Shown here: one piece after another, positions 9,234-21,482 of the stretch | Numbering within the stretch: position 1 is the first letter of the stretch | How the letters are laid out: every line of letters starts with the position of its first letter | Assembly: GCA_043228905.1 (NCBI GenBank) | Contig: JBHGNT010000529.1 | Location: forward strand, 1 to 21,482 | Reading direction: 5' to 3' | Origin: Azolla caroliniana | Taxonomy: Eukaryota > Plantae > Polypodiophyta | DNA: 21,482 nt | The notes under the pieces: model-generated | The model's database searches: none | What the model saw: only the letters and a program-made list of their open reading frames with translations | What the model was told of the DNA's origin: nothing | Program-made: the position numbers and the translations under genes

Positions 9234-9689
9234 GACAGTGCCCTGCGTTCCGAGGTACTAATGCTACACGAACCTACACAAAAATGCCCTACGAGGACAA
9301 CTAATATCGAGGGACCCACCACGTCACCGTCCCAACCGCACGCGCGACGGGCGCCGGCGAAGGCTAAGGCTAAGGCTAAGGCTTTGGATCCTAGAGAAGG
9401 ACTATATATATATCCCCTGCCCGGATTCGAACCTCGCCACTCATGCCCACCCCATAAAGCCTCTTACGCCCTCTCCTTGATCCGGACGACACTCTTTAAC
9501 CCACACCGAATGACAATGCCCCTCGACGCTTCACCCTTCCTATGCTCTCGTCCGCCTCTACGAAAGCCAAGAGGCCCACGCGCACGGGAACGGCTCGGGC
9601 GGGAAAAGAACGCAACCCATGCCCGGGACTTCCCGGGAGGTCACCCATCCCAGTACTGTGCACGAAAAGAAGACGACTCGAAGCAAAAA

Positions 9690-9808
9690 GGGTGCAGCAC
9701 CAGGACTTCCCGGGAGGTCACCCATCCCAGTACTGTTCTGGCCCAAGCGCGCTTAACTGCGGAGTTCTGATGGGATCCGGTGTATTAGCGCTGGTATGAC
9801 CGCACCAC
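9690..9808 (-). rRNA. 5S rRNA
   Basis: Major-type copy. Confidence 0.97.
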
Positions 9809-10264
9809 GACAGTGCCCTGCGTTCCGAGGTACTAATGCTACACGAACCTACACAAAAATGCCCTACGAGGACAACTAATATCGAGGGACCCACCACGTC
9901 ACCGTCCCAACCGCACGCGCGACGGGCGCCGGCGAAGGCTAAGGCTAAGGCTAAGGCTTTGGATCCTAGAGAAGGACTATATATATATCCCCTGCCCGGA
10001 TTCGAACCTCGCCACTCATGCCCACCCCATAAAGCCTCTTACGCCCTCTCCTTGATCCGGACGACACTCTTTAACCCACACCGAATGACAATGCCCCTCG
10101 ACGCTTCACCCTTCCTATGCTCTCGTCCGCCTCTACGAAAGCCAAGAGGCCCACGCGCACGGGAACGGCTCGGGCGGGAAAAGAACGCAACCCATGCCCG
10201 GGACTTCCCGGGAGGTCACCCATCCCAGTACTGTGCACGAAAAGAAGACGACTCGAAGCAAAAA

Positions 10265-10383
10265 GGGTGCAGCACCAGGACTTCCCGGGAGGTCACCCAT
10301 CCCAGTACTGTTCTGGCCCAAGCGCGCTTAACTGCGGAGTTCTGATGGGATCCGGTGTATTAGCGCTGGTATGACCGCACCAC
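10265..10383 (-). rRNA. 5S rRNA
   Basis: Major-type copy. Confidence 0.97.
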
Positions 10384-10839
10384 GACAGTGCCCTGCGTTC
10401 CGAGGTACTAATGCTACACGAACCTACACAAAAATGCCCTACGAGGACAACTAATATCGAGGGACCCACCACGTCACCGTCCCAACCGCACGCGCGACGG
10501 GCGCCGGCGAAGGCTAAGGCTAAGGCTAAGGCTTTGGATCCTAGAGAAGGACTATATATATATCCCCTGCCCGGATTCGAACCTCGCCACTCATGCCCAC
10601 CCCATAAAGCCTCTTACGCCCTCTCCTTGATCCGGACGACACTCTTTAACCCACACCGAATGACAATGCCCCTCGACGCTTCACCCTTCCTATGCTCTCG
10701 TCCGCCTCTACGAAAGCCAAGAGGCCCACGCGCACGGGAACGGCTCGGGCGGGAAAAGAACGCAACCCATGCCCGGGACTTCCCGGGAGGTCACCCATCC
10801 CAGTACTGTGCACGAAAAGAAGACGACTCGAAGCAAAAA

Positions 10840-10958
10840 GGGTGCAGCACCAGGACTTCCCGGGAGGTCACCCATCCCAGTACTGTTCTGGCCCAAGCGC
10901 GCTTAACTGCGGAGTTCTGATGGGATCCGGTGTATTAGCGCTGGTATGACCGCACCAC
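10840..10958 (-). rRNA. 5S rRNA
   Basis: Major-type copy. Confidence 0.97.
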
Positions 10959-11414
10959 GACAGTGCCCTGCGTTCCGAGGTACTAATGCTACACGAACCT
11001 ACACAAAAATGCCCTACGAGGACAACTAATATCGAGGGACCCACCACGTCACCGTCCCAACCGCACGCGCGACGGGCGCCGGCGAAGGCTAAGGCTAAGG
11101 CTAAGGCTTTGGATCCTAGAGAAGGACTATATATATATCCCCTGCCCGGATTCGAACCTCGCCACTCATGCCCACCCCATAAAGCCTCTTACGCCCTCTC
11201 CTTGATCCGGACGACACTCTTTAACCCACACCGAATGACAATGCCCCTCGACGCTTCACCCTTCCTATGCTCTCGTCCGCCTCTACGAAAGCCAAGAGGC
11301 CCACGCGCACGGGAACGGCTCGGGCGGGAAAAGAACGCAACCCATGCCCGGGACTTCCCGGGAGGTCACCCATCCCAGTACTGTGCACGAAAAGAAGACG
11401 ACTCGAAGCAAAAA

Positions 11415-11533
11415 GGGTGCAGCACCAGGACTTCCCGGGAGGTCACCCATCCCAGTACTGTTCTGGCCCAAGCGCGCTTAACTGCGGAGTTCTGATGGGA
11501 TCCGGTGTATTAGCGCTGGTATGACCGCACCAC
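11415..11533 (-). rRNA. 5S rRNA
   Basis: Major-type copy. Confidence 0.97.
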
Positions 11534-11989
11534 GACAGTGCCCTGCGTTCCGAGGTACTAATGCTACACGAACCTACACAAAAATGCCCTACGAGGACAA
11601 CTAATATCGAGGGACCCACCACGTCACCGTCCCAACCGCACGCGCGACGGGCGCCGGCGAAGGCTAAGGCTAAGGCTAAGGCTTTGGATCCTAGAGAAGG
11701 ACTATATATATATCCCCTGCCCGGATTCGAACCTCGCCACTCATGCCCACCCCATAAAGCCTCTTACGCCCTCTCCTTGATCCGGACGACACTCTTTAAC
11801 CCACACCGAATGACAATGCCCCTCGACGCTTCACCCTTCCTATGCTCTCGTCCGCCTCTACGAAAGCCAAGAGGCCCACGCGCACGGGAACGGCTCGGGC
11901 GGGAAAAGAACGCAACCCATGCCCGGGACTTCCCGGGAGGTCACCCATCCCAGTACTGTGCACGAAAAGAAGACGACTCGAAGCAAAAA

Positions 11990-12108
11990 GGGTGCAGCAC
12001 CAGGACTTCCCGGGAGGTCACCCATCCCAGTACTGTTCTGGCCCAAGCGCGCTTAACTGCGGAGTTCTGATGGGATCCGGTGTATTAGCGCTGGTATGAC
12101 CGCACCAC
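11990..12108 (-). rRNA. 5S rRNA
   Basis: Major-type copy. Confidence 0.97.
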
Positions 12109-12564
12109 GACAGTGCCCTGCGTTCCGAGGTACTAATGCTACACGAACCTACACAAAAATGCCCTACGAGGACAACTAATATCGAGGGACCCACCACGTC
12201 ACCGTCCCAACCGCACGCGCGACGGGCGCCGGCGAAGGCTAAGGCTAAGGCTAAGGCTTTGGATCCTAGAGAAGGACTATATATATATCCCCTGCCCGGA
12301 TTCGAACCTCGCCACTCATGCCCACCCCATAAAGCCTCTTACGCCCTCTCCTTGATCCGGACGACACTCTTTAACCCACACCGAATGACAATGCCCCTCG
12401 ACGCTTCACCCTTCCTATGCTCTCGTCCGCCTCTACGAAAGCCAAGAGGCCCACGCGCACGGGAACGGCTCGGGCGGGAAAAGAACGCAACCCATGCCCG
12501 GGACTTCCCGGGAGGTCACCCATCCCAGTACTGTGCACGAAAAGAAGACGACTCGAAGCAAAAA

Positions 12565-12683
12565 GGGTGCAGCACCAGGACTTCCCGGGAGGTCACCCAT
12601 CCCAGTACTGTTCTGGCCCAAGCGCGCTTAACTGCGGAGTTCTGATGGGATCCGGTGTATTAGCGCTGGTATGACCGCACCAC
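12565..12683 (-). rRNA. 5S rRNA
   Basis: Major-type copy. Confidence 0.97.
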
Positions 12684-13139
12684 GACAGTGCCCTGCGTTC
12701 CGAGGTACTAATGCTACACGAACCTACACAAAAATGCCCTACGAGGACAACTAATATCGAGGGACCCACCACGTCACCGTCCCAACCGCACGCGCGACGG
12801 GCGCCGGCGAAGGCTAAGGCTAAGGCTAAGGCTTTGGATCCTAGAGAAGGACTATATATATATCCCCTGCCCGGATTCGAACCTCGCCACTCATGCCCAC
12901 CCCATAAAGCCTCTTACGCCCTCTCCTTGATCCGGACGACACTCTTTAACCCACACCGAATGACAATGCCCCTCGACGCTTCACCCTTCCTATGCTCTCG
13001 TCCGCCTCTACGAAAGCCAAGAGGCCCACGCGCACGGGAACGGCTCGGGCGGGAAAAGAACGCAACCCATGCCCGGGACTTCCCGGGAGGTCACCCATCC
13101 CAGTACTGTGCACGAAAAGAAGACGACTCGAAGCAAAAA

Positions 13140-13258
13140 GGGTGCAGCACCAGGACTTCCCGGGAGGTCACCCATCCCAGTACTGTTCTGGCCCAAGCGC
13201 GCTTAACTGCGGAGTTCTGATGGGATCCGGTGTATTAGCGCTGGTATGACCGCACCAC
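13140..13258 (-). rRNA. 5S rRNA
   Basis: Major-type copy. Confidence 0.97.
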
Positions 13259-13714
13259 GACAGTGCCCTGCGTTCCGAGGTACTAATGCTACACGAACCT
13301 ACACAAAAATGCCCTACGAGGACAACTAATATCGAGGGACCCACCACGTCACCGTCCCAACCGCACGCGCGACGGGCGCCGGCGAAGGCTAAGGCTAAGG
13401 CTAAGGCTTTGGATCCTAGAGAAGGACTATATATATATCCCCTGCCCGGATTCGAACCTCGCCACTCATGCCCACCCCATAAAGCCTCTTACGCCCTCTC
13501 CTTGATCCGGACGACACTCTTTAACCCACACCGAATGACAATGCCCCTCGACGCTTCACCCTTCCTATGCTCTCGTCCGCCTCTACGAAAGCCAAGAGGC
13601 CCACGCGCACGGGAACGGCTCGGGCGGGAAAAGAACGCAACCCATGCCCGGGACTTCCCGGGAGGTCACCCATCCCAGTACTGTGCACGAAAAGAAGACG
13701 ACTCGAAGCAAAAA

Positions 13715-13833
13715 GGGTGCAGCACCAGGACTTCCCGGGAGGTCACCCATCCCAGTACTGTTCTGGCCCAAGCGCGCTTAACTGCGGAGTTCTGATGGGA
13801 TCCGGTGTATTAGCGCTGGTATGACCGCACCAC
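13715..13833 (-). rRNA. 5S rRNA
   Basis: Major-type copy. Confidence 0.97.
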
Positions 13834-14289
13834 GACAGTGCCCTGCGTTCCGAGGTACTAATGCTACACGAACCTACACAAAAATGCCCTACGAGGACAA
13901 CTAATATCGAGGGACCCACCACGTCACCGTCCCAACCGCACGCGCGACGGGCGCCGGCGAAGGCTAAGGCTAAGGCTAAGGCTTTGGATCCTAGAGAAGG
14001 ACTATATATATATCCCCTGCCCGGATTCGAACCTCGCCACTCATGCCCACCCCATAAAGCCTCTTACGCCCTCTCCTTGATCCGGACGACACTCTTTAAC
14101 CCACACCGAATGACAATGCCCCTCGACGCTTCACCCTTCCTATGCTCTCGTCCGCCTCTACGAAAGCCAAGAGGCCCACGCGCACGGGAACGGCTCGGGC
14201 GGGAAAAGAACGCAACCCATGCCCGGGACTTCCCGGGAGGTCACCCATCCCAGTACTGTGCACGAAAAGAAGACGACTCGAAGCAAAAA

Positions 14290-14408
14290 GGGTGCAGCAC
14301 CAGGACTTCCCGGGAGGTCACCCATCCCAGTACTGTTCTGGCCCAAGCGCGCTTAACTGCGGAGTTCTGATGGGATCCGGTGTATTAGCGCTGGTATGAC
14401 CGCACCAC
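14290..14408 (-). rRNA. 5S rRNA
   Basis: Major-type copy. Confidence 0.97.
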
Positions 14409-14864
14409 GACAGTGCCCTGCGTTCCGAGGTACTAATGCTACACGAACCTACACAAAAATGCCCTACGAGGACAACTAATATCGAGGGACCCACCACGTC
14501 ACCGTCCCAACCGCACGCGCGACGGGCGCCGGCGAAGGCTAAGGCTAAGGCTAAGGCTTTGGATCCTAGAGAAGGACTATATATATATCCCCTGCCCGGA
14601 TTCGAACCTCGCCACTCATGCCCACCCCATAAAGCCTCTTACGCCCTCTCCTTGATCCGGACGACACTCTTTAACCCACACCGAATGACAATGCCCCTCG
14701 ACGCTTCACCCTTCCTATGCTCTCGTCCGCCTCTACGAAAGCCAAGAGGCCCACGCGCACGGGAACGGCTCGGGCGGGAAAAGAACGCAACCCATGCCCG
14801 GGACTTCCCGGGAGGTCACCCATCCCAGTACTGTGCACGAAAAGAAGACGACTCGAAGCAAAAA

Positions 14865-14983
14865 GGGTGCAGCACCAGGACTTCCCGGGAGGTCACCCAT
14901 CCCAGTACTGTTCTGGCCCAAGCGCGCTTAACTGCGGAGTTCTGATGGGATCCGGTGTATTAGCGCTGGTATGACCGCACCAC
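14865..14983 (-). rRNA. 5S rRNA
   Basis: Major-type copy. Confidence 0.97.
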
Positions 14984-15439
14984 GACAGTGCCCTGCGTTC
15001 CGAGGTACTAATGCTACACGAACCTACACAAAAATGCCCTACGAGGACAACTAATATCGAGGGACCCACCACGTCACCGTCCCAACCGCACGCGCGACGG
15101 GCGCCGGCGAAGGCTAAGGCTAAGGCTAAGGCTTTGGATCCTAGAGAAGGACTATATATATATCCCCTGCCCGGATTCGAACCTCGCCACTCATGCCCAC
15201 CCCATAAAGCCTCTTACGCCCTCTCCTTGATCCGGACGACACTCTTTAACCCACACCGAATGACAATGCCCCTCGACGCTTCACCCTTCCTATGCTCTCG
15301 TCCGCCTCTACGAAAGCCAAGAGGCCCACGCGCACGGGAACGGCTCGGGCGGGAAAAGAACGCAACCCATGCCCGGGACTTCCCGGGAGGTCACCCATCC
15401 CAGTACTGTGCACGAAAAGAAGACGACTCGAAGCAAAAA

Positions 15440-15558
15440 GGGTGCAGCACCAGGACTTCCCGGGAGGTCACCCATCCCAGTACTGTTCTGGCCCAAGCGC
15501 GCTTAACTGCGGAGTTCTGATGGGATCCGGTGTATTAGCGCTGGTATGACCGCACCAC
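15440..15558 (-). rRNA. 5S rRNA
   Basis: Major-type copy. Confidence 0.97.
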
Positions 15559-16014
15559 GACAGTGCCCTGCGTTCCGAGGTACTAATGCTACACGAACCT
15601 ACACAAAAATGCCCTACGAGGACAACTAATATCGAGGGACCCACCACGTCACCGTCCCAACCGCACGCGCGACGGGCGCCGGCGAAGGCTAAGGCTAAGG
15701 CTAAGGCTTTGGATCCTAGAGAAGGACTATATATATATCCCCTGCCCGGATTCGAACCTCGCCACTCATGCCCACCCCATAAAGCCTCTTACGCCCTCTC
15801 CTTGATCCGGACGACACTCTTTAACCCACACCGAATGACAATGCCCCTCGACGCTTCACCCTTCCTATGCTCTCGTCCGCCTCTACGAAAGCCAAGAGGC
15901 CCACGCGCACGGGAACGGCTCGGGCGGGAAAAGAACGCAACCCATGCCCGGGACTTCCCGGGAGGTCACCCATCCCAGTACTGTGCACGAAAAGAAGACG
16001 ACTCGAAGCAAAAA

Positions 16015-16133
16015 GGGTGCAGCACCAGGACTTCCCGGGAGGTCACCCATCCCAGTACTGTTCTGGCCCAAGCGCGCTTAACTGCGGAGTTCTGATGGGA
16101 TCCGGTGTATTAGCGCTGGTATGACCGCACCAC
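16015..16133 (-). rRNA. 5S rRNA
   Basis: Major-type copy. Confidence 0.97.
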
Positions 16134-16589
16134 GACAGTGCCCTGCGTTCCGAGGTACTAATGCTACACGAACCTACACAAAAATGCCCTACGAGGACAA
16201 CTAATATCGAGGGACCCACCACGTCACCGTCCCAACCGCACGCGCGACGGGCGCCGGCGAAGGCTAAGGCTAAGGCTAAGGCTTTGGATCCTAGAGAAGG
16301 ACTATATATATATCCCCTGCCCGGATTCGAACCTCGCCACTCATGCCCACCCCATAAAGCCTCTTACGCCCTCTCCTTGATCCGGACGACACTCTTTAAC
16401 CCACACCGAATGACAATGCCCCTCGACGCTTCACCCTTCCTATGCTCTCGTCCGCCTCTACGAAAGCCAAGAGGCCCACGCGCACGGGAACGGCTCGGGC
16501 GGGAAAAGAACGCAACCCATGCCCGGGACTTCCCGGGAGGTCACCCATCCCAGTACTGTGCACGAAAAGAAGACGACTCGAAGCAAAAA

Positions 16590-16708
16590 GGGTGCAGCAC
16601 AGGGACTTCCCGGGAGGTCACCCATCCCAGTACTGTTCTGGCCCAAGCGCGCTTAACTGCGGAGTTCTGATGGGATCCGGTGTATTAGCGCTGGTATGAC
16701 CGCACCAC
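16590..16708 (-). rRNA. 5S rRNA, GTCCCTGTG variant
   Basis: cacagggac instead of caccaggac at 16601-16602. Confidence 0.95.
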
Positions 16709-17164
16709 GACAGTGCCCTGCGTTCCGAGGTACTAATGCTACACGAACCTACACAAAAATGCCCTACGAGGACAACTAATATCGAGGGACCCACCACGTC
16801 ACCGTCCCAACCGCACGCGCGACGGGCGCCGGCGAAGGCTAAGGCTAAGGCTAAGGCTTTGGATCCTAGAGAAGGACTATATATATATCCCCTGCCCGGA
16901 TTCGAACCTCGCCACTCATGCCCACCCCATAAAGCCTCTTACGCCCTCTCCTTGATCCGGACGACACTCTTTAACCCACACCGAATGACAATGCCCCTCG
17001 ACGCTTCACCCTTCCTATGCTCTCGTCCGCCTCTACGAAAGCCAAGAGGCCCACGCGCACGGGAACGGCTCGGGCGGGAAAAGAACGCAACCCATGCCCG
17101 GGACTTCCCGGGAGGTCACCCATCCCAGTACTGTGCACGAAAAGAAGACGACTCGAAGCAAAAA

Positions 17165-17283
17165 GGGTGCAGCACCAGGACTTCCCGGGAGGTCACCCAT
17201 CCCAGTACTGTTCTGGCCCAAGCGCGCTTAACTGCGGAGTTCTGATGGGATCCGGTGTATTAGCGCTGGTATGACCGCACCAC
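17165..17283 (-). rRNA. 5S rRNA
   Basis: Major-type copy. Confidence 0.97.
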
Positions 17284-17739
17284 GACAGTGCCCTGCGTTC
17301 CGAGGTACTAATGCTACACGAACCTACACAAAAATGCCCTACGAGGACAACTAATATCGAGGGACCCACCACGTCACCGTCCCAACCGCACGCGCGACGG
17401 GCGCCGGCGAAGGCTAAGGCTAAGGCTAAGGCTTTGGATCCTAGAGAAGGACTATATATATATCCCCTGCCCGGATTCGAACCTCGCCACTCATGCCCAC
17501 CCCATAAAGCCTCTTACGCCCTCTCCTTGATCCGGACGACACTCTTTAACCCACACCGAATGACAATGCCCCTCGACGCTTCACCCTTCCTATGCTCTCG
17601 TCCGCCTCTACGAAAGCCAAGAGGCCCACGCGCACGGGAACGGCTCGGGCGGGAAAAGAACGCAACCCATGCCCGGGACTTCCCGGGAGGTCACCCATCC
17701 CAGTACTGTGCACGAAAAGAAGACGACTCGAAGCAAAAA

Positions 17740-17858
17740 GGGTGCAGCACCAGGACTTCCCGGGAGGTCACCCATCCCAGTACTGTTCTGGCCCAAGCGC
17801 GCTTAACTGCGGAGTTCTGATGGGATCCGGTGTATTAGCGCTGGTATGACCGCACCAC
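17740..17858 (-). rRNA. 5S rRNA
   Basis: Major-type copy. Confidence 0.97.
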
Positions 17859-18314
17859 GACAGTGCCCTGCGTTCCGAGGTACTAATGCTACACGAACCT
17901 ACACAAAAATGCCCTACGAGGACAACTAATATCGAGGGACCCACCACGTCACCGTCCCAACCGCACGCGCGACGGGCGCCGGCGAAGGCTAAGGCTAAGG
18001 CTAAGGCTTTGGATCCTAGAGAAGGACTATATATATATCCCCTGCCCGGATTCGAACCTCGCCACTCATGCCCACCCCATAAAGCCTCTTACGCCCTCTC
18101 CTTGATCCGGACGACACTCTTTAACCCACACCGAATGACAATGCCCCTCGACGCTTCACCCTTCCTATGCTCTCGTCCGCCTCTACGAAAGCCAAGAGGC
18201 CCACGCGCACGGGAACGGCTCGGGCGGGAAAAGAACGCAACCCATGCCCGGGACTTCCCGGGAGGTCACCCATCCCAGTACTGTGCACGAAAAGAAGACG
18301 ACTCGAAGCAAAAA

Positions 18315-18433
18315 GGGTGCAGCACCAGGACTTCCCGGGAGGTCACCCATCCCAGTACTGTTCTGGCCCAAGCGCGCTTAACTGCGGAGTTCTGATGGGA
18401 TCCGGTGTATTAGCGCTGGTATGACCGCACCAC
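18315..18433 (-). rRNA. 5S rRNA (upstream -1 C>T)
   Basis: Major-type gene body; SNP at 18434. Confidence 0.97.
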
Positions 18434-18889
18434 AACAGTGCCCTGCGTTCCGAGGTACTAATGCTACACGAACCTACACAAAAATGCCCTACGAGGACAA
18501 CTAATATCGAGGGACCCACCACGTCACCGTCCCAACCGCACGCGCGACGGGCGCCGGCGAAGGCTAAGGCTAAGGCTAAGGCTTTGGATCCTAGAGAAGG
18601 ACTATATATATATCCCCTGCCCGGATTCGAACCTCGCCACTCATGCCCACCCCATAAAGCCTCTTACGCCCTCTCCTTGATCCGGACGACACTCTTTAAC
18701 CCACACCGAATGACAATGCCCCTCGACGCTTCACCCTTCCTATGCTCTCGTCCGCCTCTACGAAAGCCAAGAGGCCCACGCGCACGGGAACGGCTCGGGC
18801 GGGAAAAGAACGCAACCCATGCCCGGGACTTCCCGGGAGGTCACCCATCCCAGTACTGTGCACGAAAAGAAGACGACTCGAAGCAAAAA

Positions 18890-19008
18890 GGGTGCAGCAC
18901 CAGGACTTCCCGGGAGGTCACCCATCCCAGTACTGTTCTGGCCCAAGCGCGCTTAACTGCGGAGTTCTGATGGGATCCGGTGTATTAGCGCTGGTATGAC
19001 CGCACCAC
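18890..19008 (-). rRNA. 5S rRNA
   Basis: Major-type copy. Confidence 0.97.
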
Positions 19009-19464
19009 GACAGTGCCCTGCGTTCCGAGGTACTAATGCTACACGAACCTACACAAAAATGCCCTACGAGGACAACTAATATCGAGGGACCCACCACGTC
19101 ACCGTCCCAACCGCACGCGCGACGGGCGCCGGCGAAGGCTAAGGCTAAGGCTAAGGCTTTGGATCCTAGAGAAGGACTATATATATATCCCCTGCCCGGA
19201 TTCGAACCTCGCCACTCATGCCCACCCCATAAAGCCTCTTACGCCCTCTCCTTGATCCGGACGACACTCTTTAACCCACACCGAATGACAATGCCCCTCG
19301 ACGCTTCACCCTTCCTATGCTCTCGTCCGCCTCTACGAAAGCCAAGAGGCCCACGCGCACGGGAACGGCTCGGGCGGGAAAAGAACGCAACCCATGCCCG
19401 GGACTTCCCGGGAGGTCACCCATCCCAGTACTGTGCACGAAAAGAAGACGACTCGAAGCAAAAA

Positions 19465-19583
19465 GGGTGCAGCACAGGGACTTCCCGGGAGGTCACCCAT
19501 CCCAGTACTGTTCTGGCCCAAGCGCGCTTAACTGCGGAGTTCTGATGGGATCCGGTGTATTAGCGCTGGTATGACCGCACCAC
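19465..19583 (-). rRNA. 5S rRNA, GTCCCTGTG variant
   Basis: cacagggac at 19476-19477. Confidence 0.95.
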
Positions 19584-20039
19584 GACAGTGCCCTGCGTTC
19601 CGAGGTACTAATGCTACACGAACCTACACAAAAATGCCCTACGAGGACAACTAATATCGAGGGACCCACCACGTCACCGTCCCAACCGCACGCGCGACGG
19701 GCGCCGGCGAAGGCTAAGGCTAAGGCTAAGGCTTTGGATCCTAGAGAAGGACTATATATATATCCCCTGCCCGGATTCGAACCTCGCCACTCATGCCCAC
19801 CCCATAAAGCCTCTTACGCCCTCTCCTTGATCCGGACGACACTCTTTAACCCACACCGAATGACAATGCCCCTCGACGCTTCACCCTTCCTATGCTCTCG
19901 TCCGCCTCTACGAAAGCCAAGAGGCCCACGCGCACGGGAACGGCTCGGGCGGGAAAAGAACGCAACCCATGCCCGGGACTTCCCGGGAGGTCACCCATCC
20001 CAGTACTGTGCACGAAAAGAAGACGACTCGAAGCAAAAA

Positions 20040-20158
20040 GGGTGCAGCACCAGGACTTCCCGGGAGGTCACCCATCCCAGTACTGTTCTGGCCCAAGCGC
20101 GCTTAACTGCGGAGTTCTGATGGGATCCGGTGTATTAGCGCTGGTATGACCGCACCAC
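20040..20158 (-). rRNA. 5S rRNA
   Basis: Major-type copy. Confidence 0.97.
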
Positions 20159-20614
20159 GACAGTGCCCTGCGTTCCGAGGTACTAATGCTACACGAACCT
20201 ACACAAAAATGCCCTACGAGGACAACTAATATCGAGGGACCCACCACGTCACCGTCCCAACCGCACGCGCGACGGGCGCCGGCGAAGGCTAAGGCTAAGG
20301 CTAAGGCTTTGGATCCTAGAGAAGGACTATATATATATCCCCTGCCCGGATTCGAACCTCGCCACTCATGCCCACCCCATAAAGCCTCTTACGCCCTCTC
20401 CTTGATCCGGACGACACTCTTTAACCCACACCGAATGACAATGCCCCTCGACGCTTCACCCTTCCTATGCTCTCGTCCGCCTCTACGAAAGCCAAGAGGC
20501 CCACGCGCACGGGAACGGCTCGGGCGGGAAAAGAACGCAACCCATGCCCGGGACTTCCCGGGAGGTCACCCATCCCAGTACTGTGCACGAAAAGAAGACG
20601 ACTCGAAGCAAAAA

Positions 20615-20733
20615 GGGTGCAGCACCAGGACTTCCCGGGAGGTCACCCATCCCAGTACTGTTCTGGCCCAAGCGCGCTTAACTGCGGAGTTCTGATGGGA
20701 TCCGGTGTATTAGCGCTGGTATGACCGCACCAC
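20615..20733 (-). rRNA. 5S rRNA
   Basis: Major-type copy. Confidence 0.97.
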
Positions 20734-21189
20734 GACAGTGCCCTGCGTTCCGAGGTACTAATGCTACACGAACCTACACAAAAATGCCCTACGAGGACAA
20801 CTAATATCGAGGGACCCACCACGTCACCGTCCCAACCGCACGCGCGACGGGCGCCGGCGAAGGCTAAGGCTAAGGCTAAGGCTTTGGATCCTAGAGAAGG
20901 ACTATATATATATCCCCTGCCCGGATTCGAACCTCGCCACTCATGCCCACCCCATAAAGCCTCTTACGCCCTCTCCTTGATCCGGACGACACTCTTTAAC
21001 CCACACCGAATGACAATGCCCCTCGACGCTTCACCCTTCCTATGCTCTCGTCCGCCTCTACGAAAGCCAAGAGGCCCACGCGCACGGGAACGGCTCGGGC
21101 GGGAAAAGAACGCAACCCATGCCCGGGACTTCCCGGGAGGTCACCCATCCCAGTACTGTGCACGAAAAGAAGACGACTCGAAGCAAAAA

Positions 21190-21308
21190 GGGTGCAGCAC
21201 CAGGACTTCCCGGGAGGTCACCCATCCCAGTACTGTTCTGGCCCAAGCGCACTTAACTGCGGAGTTCTGATGGGATCCGGTGTATTAGCGCTGGTATGAC
21301 CGCACCAC
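21190..21308 (-). rRNA. 5S rRNA with C58T change in A-box
   Basis: aagcgcacttaac instead of aagcgcgcttaac at 21251. Confidence 0.95.
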
Positions 21309-21482
21309 GACAGTGCCCTGCGTTCCGAGGTACTAATGCTACACGAACCTACACAAAAATGCCCTACGAGGACAACTAATATCGAGGGACCCACCACGTC
21401 ACCGTCCCAACCGCACGCGCGACGGGCGCCGGCGAAGGCTAAGGCTAAGGCTAAGGCTTTGGATCCTAGAGAAGGACTATAT

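Larger units (their letters stand above)
1..21482 (-). repeat. 5S rDNA tandem array, 575-bp unit, 37 full units plus partial ends
   Basis: Sequence and ORF track recur every 575 bp (139, 714, 1289 ...). The exceptions are one 574-bp unit (1864-2437) and one 498-bp unit (8188-8685). Each unit has a 5S gene. Confidence 0.99.

Overview
The whole window is a eukaryotic, land-plant-type 5S rDNA tandem array on the minus strand. The unit is 575 bp (119-bp 5S gene plus 456-bp spacer). There are 37 complete units plus a partial gene at the left edge and a partial spacer at the right edge, giving 38 5S copies. The gene reads GTGGTGCGGTCATACCAGCGCTAATACACCGGATCCC...GAAGTCCTGGTGCTGCACCC followed by TTTTT; from memory this looks most like fern/horsetail 5S rRNA (unverified). 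All listed ORFs are repeat artefacts and there is no credible protein gene. Every standard spacer holds an exact 34-bp copy of the 5S 3' portion (C-box/helix IV) with a decayed 3' end and its own T4 tract, a perfect tRNA-type B-box upstream of a T5 tract, (AAGGCT)4 and a TA run. One unit is 77 bp short, as expected from recombination between the gene and its spacer copy, and carries a chimeric 5S gene. One unit contains a SMART/PacBio amplification adapter and several indels, which is a technical artefact. A few recurrent or single variants hit functional positions. I found no clearly new biological system; the best candidates are the spacer 5S-copy/chimeric gene and a possible second Pol III unit in the spacer.
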